Counted from the stretch's first letter, positions 27,801 to 36,859 are shown. The stretch is DNA of 64,000 bases from Candidatus Moraniibacteriota bacterium (GCA_049297495.1 JBAQUL010000010.1:12881-76880), one strand, 5' to 3'. Numbers and translations: made by a program. The notes: generated by a model not told the origin, from the letters alone.

Positions 27801-29776
27801 TTTAAGTCAAATTGTTCCACGTGGAACAATTTCCACAAAAATACAATAAACAAAACCAAGCCAACAATCCCCCATTCTGACCAAATTAAAAGAAAAATAT
27901 TATGCACCGGCTGATATTGCCAGATTGCGAGATCAGGAAATAGCCGTTCCGCCTCAAAAATAAACTGTCCGGTTCCAGCCCCAATGATCGGACTCTCCGA
28001 AATGATCCGCTGCGAGATTGAAAGATATAAACCTCTTTCTTCCAGCGATTTCATAAATAAAGCGTAAAATTCAACTCTAAGGAAAAGCAGGCCTATCAAC
28101 ACGGCAAAACCCAAACCTAATAATATTCTAAATTGTTCCACGCTTGCCCGCCGAAGCCTTGGCGCAGGAGGGTGGAACAATTTTTTAATCGTTTCTCTTG
28201 AAATTGTTCCACGCTTGCCCGCCGAAGCCTTGGCGCAGGAGGGTGGAACATTTATGTACACAAGTGCAATGGTTAAAGCTAAAATGGCTGATTTAGAAAA
28301 AGAAAGGAATACCCCAATAACTTGAATCACTAGAGCAAATTTAATTAAATCCAAACCAAATGTTCCACGTGGAACATTTACCCGCATAACACTCTTGAAA
28401 TTGTTCCACGTGGAACAATTTTCGATAGGATCCGCCTGACTAGCTCCAGCCTTAAATTGTTCCACGTGGAACAATTTAATATACAACATTGTCATAATAA
28501 TGGAAAAAAACAAAAATCCACCCAAAAGATTGGGGTGCGGAAATAGGCCATAGGCCCGTATCAATGGATGATAATTAGCGATAATCTTTGCCACTCCGGC
28601 AATATCCGGCCCTATCAAGCTTTCTTTGAGCCAAAATAAGCCGATGGAGTGCTGAAGGATAAATTGAGCAATTCCGATCAAGGCCTGCGTGATTCCTGTG
28701 ATCATGATAATGCCAAAAAATACAATTGCCGCATTAATTGTTCCACGCTTGCCTGCCAGAGCCTTGGCGGAGGTTGGTGGAACAATTTGATAAAAATCTT
28801 TACTGGAAATGTTCCACGTGGAACATTTCCTGAAATCACTACTCCAAAAACCGATACCCACCAAAATGCCACAAACCAGCCAAAATAAAACCTGGCCCTG
28901 CCAGATATCCCATAAATAGTGGTCAAAAAGAGCAATTACTATCAAGCCCAATAAGATTGCACGGAAATATTGAGCCATTTTTGATAAAACACAGTTAAAA
29001 TGTTCCACGCCTGCCTGTCCGGTAGACAGGTGGAACATTTTTTCATTATTAGATCCAGACTCATCCGAAAATGTTCCACGTGGAACATTTTCGACATTTT
29101 CAGATCGCAAATTGTTCCACGTGGAACAATTGAGTATGCAGTATGGCACAAACCTGATAACGATATAGATACATAGAAAATACAGTTCCAAAAACCTAAC
29201 AGATCTATAAATACTAATTGCCTGATTTTCTGACCAATAAACTGATATAAACGACCAGACAATCAGAAGAAGGGGCAATAGGAAAATACCAACTGAGCAA
29301 AAATTGTTCCACCAACCTCCGCTAAGGCTTCGGCAGGCAGGCGTGGAACAAATTGCATTGTATTGTTCGTTGAAATGTTCCACGTGGAACATTTTCCGCA
29401 TTTTGATTAAACAAGGCTTAATATAAGCAAATAATCCTGTGGATAAGTTCTGATTAGGAGCGTTATTCACACTTTCTGGATAATCTATCTTGTGGATAAC
29501 TTCAGAAATATCCTCTCTGCTACTTGACGCTTTAGCTATTTTATCGTATAGTATAGATATAATCCAAACTAGGATCACAAGACATAGAAATATATCGGAA
29601 GCATAAACATATGCGCCGGTGTATTCATTAAAAGCACCTTTCAAAGGAAAGTAAAACATTACTTTTCTAACTCCAAGCGTAAAAGTCAATAAAAACAAAT
29701 AGAAAAGCCAAATGTCTTTTGGTTGTTTTTTGGCTTCTTTCCAGATATTCCCTATCTTTTCAGTTAAATTTGCCAT
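27728..29776 (-). CDS. O-antigen ligase/polymerase-like polytopic membrane protein, interrupted in frame by numerous palindromic repeat insertions in its inter-helix loops
   Basis: A 682-aa open frame with ATG start. Many TM helices and a C-terminal IIGAGTGQF motif typical of O-antigen-ligase-like proteins. Repeated peptide modules MFHVEHF / NVPRGTF / CSTWNN are all translations of one DNA palindrome. Confidence 0.5.
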   Translation of the reverse strand: MANLTEKIGNIWKEAKKQPKDIWLFYLFLLTFTLGVRKVMFYFPLKGAFNEYTGAYVYASDIFLCLVILVWIISILYDKIAKASSSREDISEVIHKIDYPESVNNAPNQNLSTGLFAYIKPCLIKMRKMFHVEHFNEQYNAICSTPACRSLSGGWWNNFCSVGIFLLPLLLIVWSFISVYWSENQAISIYRSVRFLELYFLCIYIVIRFVPYCILNCSTWNNLRSENVENVPRGTFSDESGSNNEKMFHLSTGQAGVEHFNCVLSKMAQYFRAILLGLIVIALFDHYLWDIWQGQVLFWLVCGILVGIGFWSSDFRKCSTWNISSKDFYQIVPPTSAKALAGKRGTINAAIVFFGIIMITGITQALIGIAQFILQHSIGLFWLKESLIGPDIAGVAKIIANYHPLIRAYGLFPHPNLLGGFLFFSIIMTMLYIKLFHVEQFKAGASQADPIENCSTWNNFKSVMRVNVPRGTFGLDLIKFALVIQVIGVFLSFSKSAILALTIALVYINVPPSCAKASAGKRGTISRETIKKLFHPPAPRLRRASVEQFRILLGLGFAVLIGLLFLRVEFYALFMKSLEERGLYLSISQRIISESPIIGAGTGQFIFEAERLFPDLAIWQYQPVHNIFLLIWSEWGIVGLVLFIVFLWKLFHVEQFDLKPSSPFGRGCHEHVTGEGKGDIKI
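27809..29404. repeat. Swarm of about 13 perfect CACGTG-centred palindromes (AAATGTTCCACGTGGAACATTT / AATTGTTCCACGTGGAACAATT), including long variants whose centre is expanded by GCTTGCCCGCCGAAGCCTTGGCGCAGGAGGGTG or GCCTGCCTGTCCGGTAGACAGGTG
   Basis: Copies at about 27809, 28131-28192, 28201-28254, 28358, 28398, 28453, 28735-28796, 28806, 28998-29041, 29068, 29109, 29301-29353, 29383. Irregular spacing; long variants occur in both orientations. Confidence 0.85.
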
Positions 29777-29896
29777 AATAGTAGTCCAGATAATTACTAA
29801 TAGTGTAGTATTTTTCCACTATAATCGCAAATTAAGATTAAAATTGACTATCTCGCGTTAACTGTTATGATTGATAGGGTGATATTTGTTTAAATC

Positions 29897-29969
29897 GGGC
29901 CTGTAGCTCAGTTGGTAGAGCGCTTCCATGGCATGGAAGAGGCAAGGAGTTCGATCCTCCTCAGGTCCA
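29897..29969 (+). tRNA. tRNA-Ala(GGC)
   Basis: Acceptor GGGCCTG/CAGGTCC with the G3:U70 Ala identity pair; anticodon loop ATGGCAT; T-loop GAGTTCGATCCTC. Confidence 0.75.
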
Positions 29970-30017
29970 CACGATAAAACTGGCCAATTAGCTCAGTCTT
30001 GCCCCGCACCATTTTAT

Positions 30018-30091
30018 GGGTCTGTAGCTCAGTTGGTTAGAGCGCTACATTCACATTGTAGAGGTCTCCAGTTCGAGCCTGGACAGACCCA
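30018..30091 (+). tRNA. tRNA-Val(CAC), enclosed by a perfect 15-bp inverted repeat (30002-30016 / 30096-30110)
   Basis: Acceptor GGGTCTG/CAGACCC, anticodon loop TTCACAT, T-arm TCCAG-TTCGAGC-CTGGA. Flanks CCCCGCACCATTTTA ... TAAAATGGTGCGGGG. Confidence 0.8.
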
Positions 30092-30215
30092 CTCGTAAAA
30101 TGGTGCGGGGTGAAGTTAGAGCGTACGATTCACATTCGAGGATGTCACTGGTCCGCCTGCCCGCCTTTGGAGGAAACCCAGTATCGTCCACAACAAGCAT
30201 CCATTCATTATCCAA

Positions 30216-30287
30216 GCCTTCATAGCTCAATGGATAGAGCAAATCCGTCCTAAGGATGAGATGTAGGTTCGATTCCTACTGAGGGCA
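30216..30287 (+). tRNA. tRNA-Arg(CCT)
   Basis: Acceptor GCCTTCA/TGAGGGC, D-arm TAGCTCAATGGATAGAGCA, anticodon loop GTCCTAA, T-arm GTAGG-TTCGATT-CCTAC. Confidence 0.7.
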
Positions 30288-30297
30288 CACTATGCGG

Positions 30298-30370
30298 GGA
30301 GCAAATCCGTCCTAAGGATGAGATGTAGGTTCCCTGCCTGCCGGCAGGCAGGGATTCCTACTGAGGGCAC
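30298..30370 (+). repeat. Tandem partial copy of tRNA-Arg (D-stem 3' half through acceptor 3' end) in which the T-loop is replaced by the palindrome CCCTGCCTGCCGGCAGGCAGGGA
   Basis: GAGCAAATCCGTCCTAAGGATGAGATGTAGGTTC-[CCTGCCTGCCGGCAGGCAGGG]-ATTCCTACTGAGGGCAC versus the intact tRNA immediately upstream. Confidence 0.6.
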
Positions 30371-30589
30371 GAAAACTTGCCAAAACAAAAAAGATGGAGT
30401 ATACTCAACTTACGTTAATTATTAGGAAAAATGAATAGGGGAATGCTTTAATTCCTGACTTTTCTGCCAAACAAGGCTTTTCTTGATAATTTCCTCAATC
30501 CCGGGAAATTTTTTATTTTTATATAAAAGTTTAGACATTTTTAATCATTATCTTGCAGTCCTGATGTCAGCTGCAAAAAATTTAATCAA

Positions 30590-31963
30590 ATGAACGATAT
30601 ATTAGCTAGCCTTGCAGATGAAGTAGATAAATTGAGCGATGAGAAAATTAGTGCACCTGTCGCGACTGCAAAAACAGACGAAAAAACCGCGCCGGAAGAA
30701 AAAAAGATTTCTTTCATGGAGCAATTACTACTAGATAACCCTATTGAATTTCCTGCTGTTGGCGATACAATCATTGGGACAGTTCTTGAAGTCTCTTCGA
30801 GCGAAATATATCTCGATCTTGGACCGTTTGGGACGGGGTTAGTTTTGGGCAAGGAAATTAAGGATGGAATGGGTACTAATAAGCTAAAAATGGGGGATAA
30901 GGTTTCTGCTACTGTGACGGACTTGGAAAATGAAGAAGGTTATATCGAATTATCTATCCGCGAGGCATCATATGAAAAAGCCTGGGAAGATATCGAAAAA
31001 AAGAGAGATGCTGGAGATAAGGTTAAAACTAAGGTTATCAGCGCAAACAAAGGAGGTCTTCTTATTGAAATCAATGGAATCGCAGGATTCTTGCCTGTTT
31101 CACAACTTTCCAGCAAAAATTACCCTCGCGTTGAGGATGGCGATAAGAACAAAATTCTTAACTTGCTTAAAAAATTGGTCGGAAAAGAGCTTGAGGTTTG
31201 TGTTCTCGACATTGATCGCGAAGCTGAAAAATTGATTGCTAGCGAAAAAGCCGCACAAAGCGACAAGGAAAAAGAAACTATTTCTAATTTCAAAGTAGGT
31301 GATGTTATTTCCGGTGAAGTCAGTGGCGTGGTTGATTTTGGTGCTTTTGTAAAATTTTCTCCCATCAATGAGTTTGGCGAAGCCAATGAAAAGGAAAAAG
31401 TGGAAGGATTGGTACATATTTCAGAACTAGCTTGGCAATTAATCGAAAACCCAAGAACAATTGTGAAAGTAGGGGACAAGGTTGAGGCAAAAATCATCGG
31501 AATTGATAATGACAAAATTTCCCTTTCAATCCGCGCCCTACAAGCCGACCCATGGAGCGAGGCAACTAATAAATACAAAGTGGGAGACATTGTTACCGGA
31601 AAAGTGCACAAAATTAATCACTTCGGCGCTTTCGTTTATCTGGACAATGATATTCATGGACTTGCACACATCAGCGAAATGCTTGATACACATCCAGGAA
31701 AGAACATCAACGATCTTATTAAAACTGGCGATGACTATAGCTGGAAAATACTTTCTATCGAACCAAGAGAGCACCGTATGGGACTAACTTTAGTTTCTGA
31801 CAAGGAAGAACCAGCCAAGGAAGCAAAGGAAAAGAAGGTAAAAAAAGAAAAAGTTGAAAAAGCAGAAGAGAAAACAGAGGAAGCAAAAGAAGAAACAGAA
31901 AAATCAGCGGAGAAAAAAGTTAAAAAAGAAAAGAAAGTTAAAAAAGTTAGCGAAGAAAAATAG
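30590..31963 (+). CDS. rpsA: 30S ribosomal protein S1 (four S1 domains, K/E-rich C-tail)
   Basis: Repeated S1-domain signatures (GDTIIGTV...; GDKVEAKIIGIDNDKISLSIR; GDIVTGKVHKINHFGAFVYLDNDIHGLAHISE). Confidence 0.75.
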   Translation: MNDILASLADEVDKLSDEKISAPVATAKTDEKTAPEEKKISFMEQLLLDNPIEFPAVGDTIIGTVLEVSSSEIYLDLGPFGTGLVLGKEIKDGMGTNKLKMGDKVSATVTDLENEEGYIELSIREASYEKAWEDIEKKRDAGDKVKTKVISANKGGLLIEINGIAGFLPVSQLSSKNYPRVEDGDKNKILNLLKKLVGKELEVCVLDIDREAEKLIASEKAAQSDKEKETISNFKVGDVISGEVSGVVDFGAFVKFSPINEFGEANEKEKVEGLVHISELAWQLIENPRTIVKVGDKVEAKIIGIDNDKISLSIRALQADPWSEATNKYKVGDIVTGKVHKINHFGAFVYLDNDIHGLAHISEMLDTHPGKNINDLIKTGDDYSWKILSIEPREHRMGLTLVSDKEEPAKEAKEKKVKKEKVEKAEEKTEEAKEETEKSAEKKVKKEKKVKKVSEEK

Positions 31964-31965
31964 AT

Positions 31966-32547
31966 ATGAACAAGAGAGTATTGATTATCTCCGGTCCAAC
32001 TGGATGCGGAGAAAGCACAATAACAAATGAAATTATAAAACGTTTTCCGATTTTTAAGCGCTTAGTTGCAGCAACTACGCGGTCAATGAGAGCCGGGGAA
32101 CAAGAAGCCATCGATTATTATTTTTTGTCTGAAGAAAAATTTAAGGATGAAATCATTAAGGAAAACATCATTGAGCATACTTACGTAAAAAATAGGGACG
32201 TATATTATGGAAGCTATAAGCCAGACTTAGATAAAAAAATAGCGAGTGGTTTTAATATAATAGCCAATCCAGACATTGTAGGAACGAAGTATTTCAAAGA
32301 GAATTATAGCGCGACAACAATCTTTATTAAGCCTGATTTTATACAAAATATAAAAAAACGGATTCTTAATCGAGAACCAGAAATTACTAATGAAGAATTG
32401 AGTCGCAGACTAGTCAATGCAGAAGCTGAAATAAAAAACGAAATGCCCCTATATGATTTTATTGTCACCAATAAACAAGATAGACTCCAAGAGGCTATTG
32501 ATGAAATAGTTGAAATTTTAAAAAAGGAAAATTACAAGCTCTCCTAA
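31966..32547 (+). CDS. gmk: Guanylate kinase
   Basis: P-loop ISGPTGCGEST and ATTRSMRAGEQEAIDYYFLSEEKF match the Gmk pattern (TTRxxRxGExxGxDYxFV). Confidence 0.6.
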   Translation: MNKRVLIISGPTGCGESTITNEIIKRFPIFKRLVAATTRSMRAGEQEAIDYYFLSEEKFKDEIIKENIIEHTYVKNRDVYYGSYKPDLDKKIASGFNIIANPDIVGTKYFKENYSATTIFIKPDFIQNIKKRILNREPEITNEELSRRLVNAEAEIKNEMPLYDFIVTNKQDRLQEAIDEIVEILKKENYKLS

Positions 32548-32580
32548 ATAAGTTTTGGCAGCTTATTTATCAAAATTACG

Positions 32581-33525
32581 ATGCCTAACTTAATCAAAAA
32601 AATTCAAAACTCAATTTTTGCCAATGCGCTTTTTGAACGCCATGCAAAAATTGTTTTGGGAGTTTCGGGAGGACCAGACTCGACGCTCCTGCTTGATGTA
32701 TTTTCCAAATTAAAAAAGAAATATGCACTCGGACTTTCCATCGCCCATGTTAATTATCACTTGCGAGGAAAAGATAGCGAAAGAGATGAGCGCTTTGTGG
32801 AAAAGTTAGCGGAAAAATATGGGCTATCTTTGGATATTCTCGATGCCCAAATTAAAGAAAACTGTAAATCAGAAGAAAAATTGCGCGATGTCCGTTATAC
32901 TTTTTTTGAAGAGGTGCGCAAGGAAAATAAATTCGATTTAATCGCTGTCGCACATAACTGCGATGATCAAGCAGAAACTGTTTTGATGCGACTGATTCGT
33001 GGAACGGGCCTCAATGGTCTTTCCGCAATGCAAGCAAGGAACGGAAAAATTATTCGACCATTACTTGAAATTCCGCGCAAAGAAATCATCGCATATTTAA
33101 AAGAAAACAATTTAAGCTACCGAATCGATACAACAAACAAAGAATCAATTTATCTGCGAAACAAAATCAGGAACAAACTAATCCCGTATCTGGAAAAAAA
33201 TTATAACCCGAAAGTGAAACTTGTCCTCGCAAAAAGTGCCAAAACTTTTTCGCAGGATTATGCGGTAATCGAAGAACTGACAGAAAAAGCTTGGAAGGAA
33301 AATAAAACGCTCAGCGCAAAAAAAATTCTTGCCCTTCCGGCGGCGATCCAAAAAAGAATTTTGCAAAAAGCCATTGCGCAAAAAAAACCCCAAGGCATGA
33401 AAGAAAACTTTACCCAGATTGATGAAATTCTCAAAGCCATAAAAAGCACGAAAAATAAAAATCAAGTCGTCTCCAGCGCAGGATTGAAAATGACAAGATA
33501 TGGTGATAAGATTACATTAGAATAA
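32581..33525 (+). CDS. tilS: tRNA(Ile)-lysidine synthetase
   Basis: PP-loop LGVSGGPDSTLLL, N-type ATP pyrophosphatase fold; conserved tilS-ftsH neighbourhood. Confidence 0.8.
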   Translation: MPNLIKKIQNSIFANALFERHAKIVLGVSGGPDSTLLLDVFSKLKKKYALGLSIAHVNYHLRGKDSERDERFVEKLAEKYGLSLDILDAQIKENCKSEEKLRDVRYTFFEEVRKENKFDLIAVAHNCDDQAETVLMRLIRGTGLNGLSAMQARNGKIIRPLLEIPRKEIIAYLKENNLSYRIDTTNKESIYLRNKIRNKLIPYLEKNYNPKVKLVLAKSAKTFSQDYAVIEELTEKAWKENKTLSAKKILALPAAIQKRILQKAIAQKKPQGMKENFTQIDEILKAIKSTKNKNQVVSSAGLKMTRYGDKITLE

Positions 33526-33555
33526 TTTTAATATTTATATAAACAAATAAACTCT

Positions 33556-35451
33556 ATGAAAAATCTGCTCAGAAACATCAGTTATGTTTTATTCTTTTTT
33601 ATATTCGTTGCGGGTATTCTGATTTTATTCAGTAATCCAGAAAAAAAACCGGAAGAAATTTCTCTTTCCGCGCTTGTGGCAAAAATCAACGAGCAAAAAG
33701 TCAAAGAAATTACCGTCACCAACGATGAGTTAAAAATCACTCTGACTGATGGAAAATTTGAAAAAGCGCTCAAGGAAAAAGAAGCGGGAATCACCGAAAC
33801 GCTCAAAAACTACGGGGTAGACAATGAAAAATTGAAAGAAGTTAACATCTTAGTTAAAGGAGAAAGTTCAAGCAGCCTGTGGCTCGGAGCAATTTTGCCA
33901 TTCCTTCTACCATTCTTGCTAATTGCCGGCTTTATTTGGTTTATGCTTCGCCAAGCGCAAAGAGGCAATAATCAGGCATTATCTTTTGGCATGTCCAAAG
34001 CGCGCGTATCAGATCCAAAAGACAAAAAAAATCGTGTCGTTTTTAATGATGTCGCGGGAGCTAAGGAAGCCAAGGAAGAACTCTATGAAATCGTCGAATT
34101 TCTCAAAACTCCCAAAAAATTCCTTAATCTTGGGGCAAAAATTCCCAAGGGAGTTTTGCTGCTCGGTTCCCCTGGAACAGGAAAGACCTTAATCGCAAAA
34201 GCAGTTGCGGGCGAAGCTAACGTACCATTTTTCAATATTTCCGGTTCTGAATTCGTAGAGATGTTCGTTGGAGTTGGCGCCAGCCGCGTGCGCGATCTCT
34301 TCAAGCAAGCTAAAAAGAATTCACCAGCGATTGTGTTTATCGATGAAATTGATGCTGTTGGAAGGCACCGTGGAGCAGGACTCGGTGGGGGACATGACGA
34401 ACGCGAACAAACACTAAACCAAATTCTTGTCGAAATGGATGGCTTTGATACAAACACAAACGTAATTGTCATTGCCGCCACAAACCGACCAGATGTGCTT
34501 GACCCGGCACTCCTTCGTCCAGGCCGCTTTGATCGCCGAGTGGTGATGGACCTGCCAGACATTGAAGAACGCGCAGCAATACTCAAAATTCATGCCAAAA
34601 ATAAGCCACTCGTCAAGGAAGTTGATTTGCGTGTCATTGCTCAAAGAACTCCCGGATTTTCTGGCGCTGATCTGTCAAATTTGCTTAATGAAGCTGCTAT
34701 CCTTTCCGCGCGCCGTGGTAAAAAAACAATTGGGATGACTGAGCTTGCGGAATCGATTGAGAAAGTCATTCTCGGGCCCGAGCGAAAAAGCCGACGCATT
34801 GATGAAGATGAAAAAAAGATCATCGCTTATCACGAAGCAGGACACGCCCTGGTTGCAGCCACATTAACACACGCAGATCCGGTACAAAAAATTTCCATCA
34901 TTTCTCGTGGAAATGCCGGTGGATACACACTAAATGCGCCAACTAAAGACAAGACTCTCCACTCTCGCAATTACTTCATCGATGAACTATCAGTTTTCTT
35001 GGGTGGGTATCTTAGTGAAAAGCTGACATTTGGAGACATCACAACCGGCGCATCAAATGATTTGGAAAGAGCAACTGCTATCGCCAGAAATCTCGTTACG
35101 CGCTATGGCATGAGTGATCTTGGCCCGCGAACCTTTGGTCATAAAGAAGAACTCGTCTTTTTAGGCAAAGAACTTCATGAAGAAAAAAATTACTCAGAAG
35201 AAACTGCCCGCGAAATTGATAATCAAGTCACAAAATTTATTGCTGATGCATATAAGGTTGCCGAAAAAATTCTAATTGATAAAAAAGAGCTGCTGGATAA
35301 AATTTCAAATGTTCTGTTAGAAAAGGAGACCATCGAACAAGCTCAGTTTAATGAAATCATGGGGATTGCCCCCGCAGAGAAAACCGAAGAAGAAGTATTT
35401 ATAGAAAAAACAGAGGATGAAGCTGAAATCGTTGAGATAAAAACAAATTAG
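33556..35451 (+). CDS. ftsH: ATP-dependent zinc metalloprotease FtsH
   Basis: N-terminal TM pair, AAA Walker [10 protein letters not shown], Walker B VFIDEID, second region of homology, zinc motif HEAGHA. Confidence 0.9.
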   Translation: MKNLLRNISYVLFFFIFVAGILILFSNPEKKPEEISLSALVAKINEQKVKEITVTNDELKITLTDGKFEKALKEKEAGITETLKNYGVDNEKLKEVNILVKGESSSSLWLGAILPFLLPFLLIAGFIWFMLRQAQRGNNQALSFGMSKARVSDPKDKKNRVVFNDVAGAKEAKEELYEIVEFLKTPKKFLNLGAKIPKGVLLLGSPGTGKTLIAKAVAGEANVPFFNISGSEFVEMFVGVGASRVRDLFKQAKKNSPAIVFIDEIDAVGRHRGAGLGGGHDEREQTLNQILVEMDGFDTNTNVIVIAATNRPDVLDPALLRPGRFDRRVVMDLPDIEERAAILKIHAKNKPLVKEVDLRVIAQRTPGFSGADLSNLLNEAAILSARRGKKTIGMTELAESIEKVILGPERKSRRIDEDEKKIIAYHEAGHALVAATLTHADPVQKISIISRGNAGGYTLNAPTKDKTLHSRNYFIDELSVFLGGYLSEKLTFGDITTGASNDLERATAIARNLVTRYGMSDLGPRTFGHKEELVFLGKELHEEKNYSEETAREIDNQVTKFIADAYKVAEKILIDKKELLDKISNVLLEKETIEQAQFNEIMGIAPAEKTEEEVFIEKTEDEAEIVEIKTN

Positions 35452-35472
35452 AATACAAACAGCATTATACTT

Positions 35473-36477
35473 ATGCCAAACATTGATTATCTAAAAATTT
35501 TCCGCGACGCTTGGAAAATAACCTGGAAAAATCGCTTTTTGTGGTGGTTTGGCTTTTTCATGCTGGCTTCTGGAGGATTAAATTATAACTATTTCTCTTC
35601 CGGAGACGAAAAGCCTCAAAAAGACTGGCAAGCTTTCACTGAAAAAATCAATTTGCAGCAATTTCTCTTAGAACATACCACATTTATAGCAATTGGGATA
35701 ACTCTATTGGTCATACTCTTTCTTGTTTTTTTGATTTTAAACTTTATCGGACGAGGAGCATTAATCAAATCAATCCAGAGAATACTCAAGAAAGAACCTG
35801 CCAGTTTTAAGTCTGGATTCCAAGATGGAAAAAAATATTTTTGGAGCATATTCTCTATCTTCTTTTTTTCAGGATTATTCATTTTCATTTGCTTTATTGT
35901 CCTTTTTACGCCAATCGTAATTTTATTTCTGGCTAAATCCTATATTATTGGAACAATCCTTGCAATCCTTGCTCTAGCAATCATCATTCCTTTGGTTATC
36001 CTAGCGAAATACATTCAGTCCTACGCAGGCTACTATGTTGTTTTAGCTAATTTAAGACCTTGGCTTGCAATAGAGAATGCCTACGCCCTTTTCAGAAAAA
36101 ACATACTGACCAGTATAATCATGTCCCTGCTCTTTATTCCTATTGGAATTTTTTCAATTTTCATTGTTGTAGCAATCGCTCTAGTGACCCTGCTTATTTT
36201 TGGCCTCATTGGTTTAGTTCTATTTTTCACCATAAAAGATACTGGTGTGATTATCGCCGTCGCGCTAGGATTACTATTCTTTATTCCAGCAATAACTCTT
36301 TTCTATTCGATATTTAGCGCATTTTCTGAAGTTGCCTGGGTTTTGTTTTTTCATGTCATTGCGACGCCGAAAGAAAAGGAAAAAGTTGCAGAAAAACTAT
36401 TGGAAACAAAAGAGAAAGTTTCAGTCCTCGCAAATACAGATGCGATGAAAACTATTGAAGCTGAAAATAAAGAGTGA
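35473..36477 (+). CDS. Hypothetical polytopic membrane protein
   Basis: At least 6 predicted TM helices; no catalytic motif recognised. Confidence 0.45.
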   Translation: MPNIDYLKIFRDAWKITWKNRFLWWFGFFMLASGGLNYNYFSSGDEKPQKDWQAFTEKINLQQFLLEHTTFIAIGITLLVILFLVFLILNFIGRGALIKSIQRILKKEPASFKSGFQDGKKYFWSIFSIFFFSGLFIFICFIVLFTPIVILFLAKSYIIGTILAILALAIIIPLVILAKYIQSYAGYYVVLANLRPWLAIENAYALFRKNILTSIIMSLLFIPIGIFSIFIVVAIALVTLLIFGLIGLVLFFTIKDTGVIIAVALGLLFFIPAITLFYSIFSAFSEVAWVLFFHVIATPKEKEKVAEKLLETKEKVSVLANTDAMKTIEAENKE

Positions 36478-36530
36478 TTTTGACGGGAAAGTTTTTTTAC
36501 GGTAGGCTTAATAAGTTGATAAGCTTGCGA

Positions 36531-36690
36531 AATATCCTCCTCTCCCCTCGGGAGAGGATGTCCGAAGGACAGGTGAGGGCAAGGGCTATAAAATCAAAGA
36601 TAGTCCGAATAAATTAATTCTGGCTTAATTTAACACTCTTACCCTCATCCGGCCTACGGCCACCTTCTCCCGAGGGGAGAAGGGAAAATA
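36531..36690. mobile_element. MITE-like composite palindromic element, copy 3
   Basis: ATATCCTCCTCTCCCCTCGGGAGAGGATGTCCGAAGGACAGGTGAGGGCAAGGG ... CCCTCATCCGGCCTACGGCCACCTTCTCCCGAGGGGAGAAGGG; arms are inverted repeats; located immediately upstream of a tRNA pair. Confidence 0.55.
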
Positions 36691-36699
36691 TAATAATTC

Positions 36700-36775
36700 G
36701 GGCGTGTAGCTCAGTTGGTTAGAGCGCTACATTGACATTGTAGAGGTTTCAGAGGTTCGAGTCCTCTCACGCCCA
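36700..36775 (+). tRNA. tRNA-Val(GAC)
   Basis: Acceptor GGGCGTG/CACGCCC, anticodon loop TTGACAT, T-arm AGAGG-TTCGAGT-CCTCT; slightly long variable region. Confidence 0.7.
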
Positions 36776-36785
36776 CAAATAAAAA

Positions 36786-36857
36786 GGGACCATAGCTCAG
36801 TGGTAGAGCAGGGGACTCATAATCTCTTGGTCGCTGGTTCGAATCCAGCTGGTCCCA
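36786..36857 (+). tRNA. tRNA with CAT anticodon (elongator Met or Ile2/lysidine type; not initiator-like)
   Basis: Acceptor GGGACCA/TGGTCCC, anticodon loop CTCATAA, T-arm GCTGG-TTCGAAT-CCAGC. Anticodon stem lacks the three consecutive G:C pairs of initiator tRNAs. Confidence 0.7.
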
Positions 36858-36859
36858 CT

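Noticed and set aside
27809-29404. CRISPR array as an explanation for the dense palindromic repeats
   Set aside because: The repeats are perfect palindromes centred on CACGTG and their spacing is highly irregular (from about 20 bp to more than 250 bp), with no constant-length spacers and no adjacent cas genes. They also lie inside an open reading frame.
34083-34586. Minus-strand ORF of 167 aa (Ser/Arg/Pro-rich) inside ftsH
   Set aside because: Completely antisense to the well-supported ftsH CDS; composition typical of a GC-rich antisense frame.
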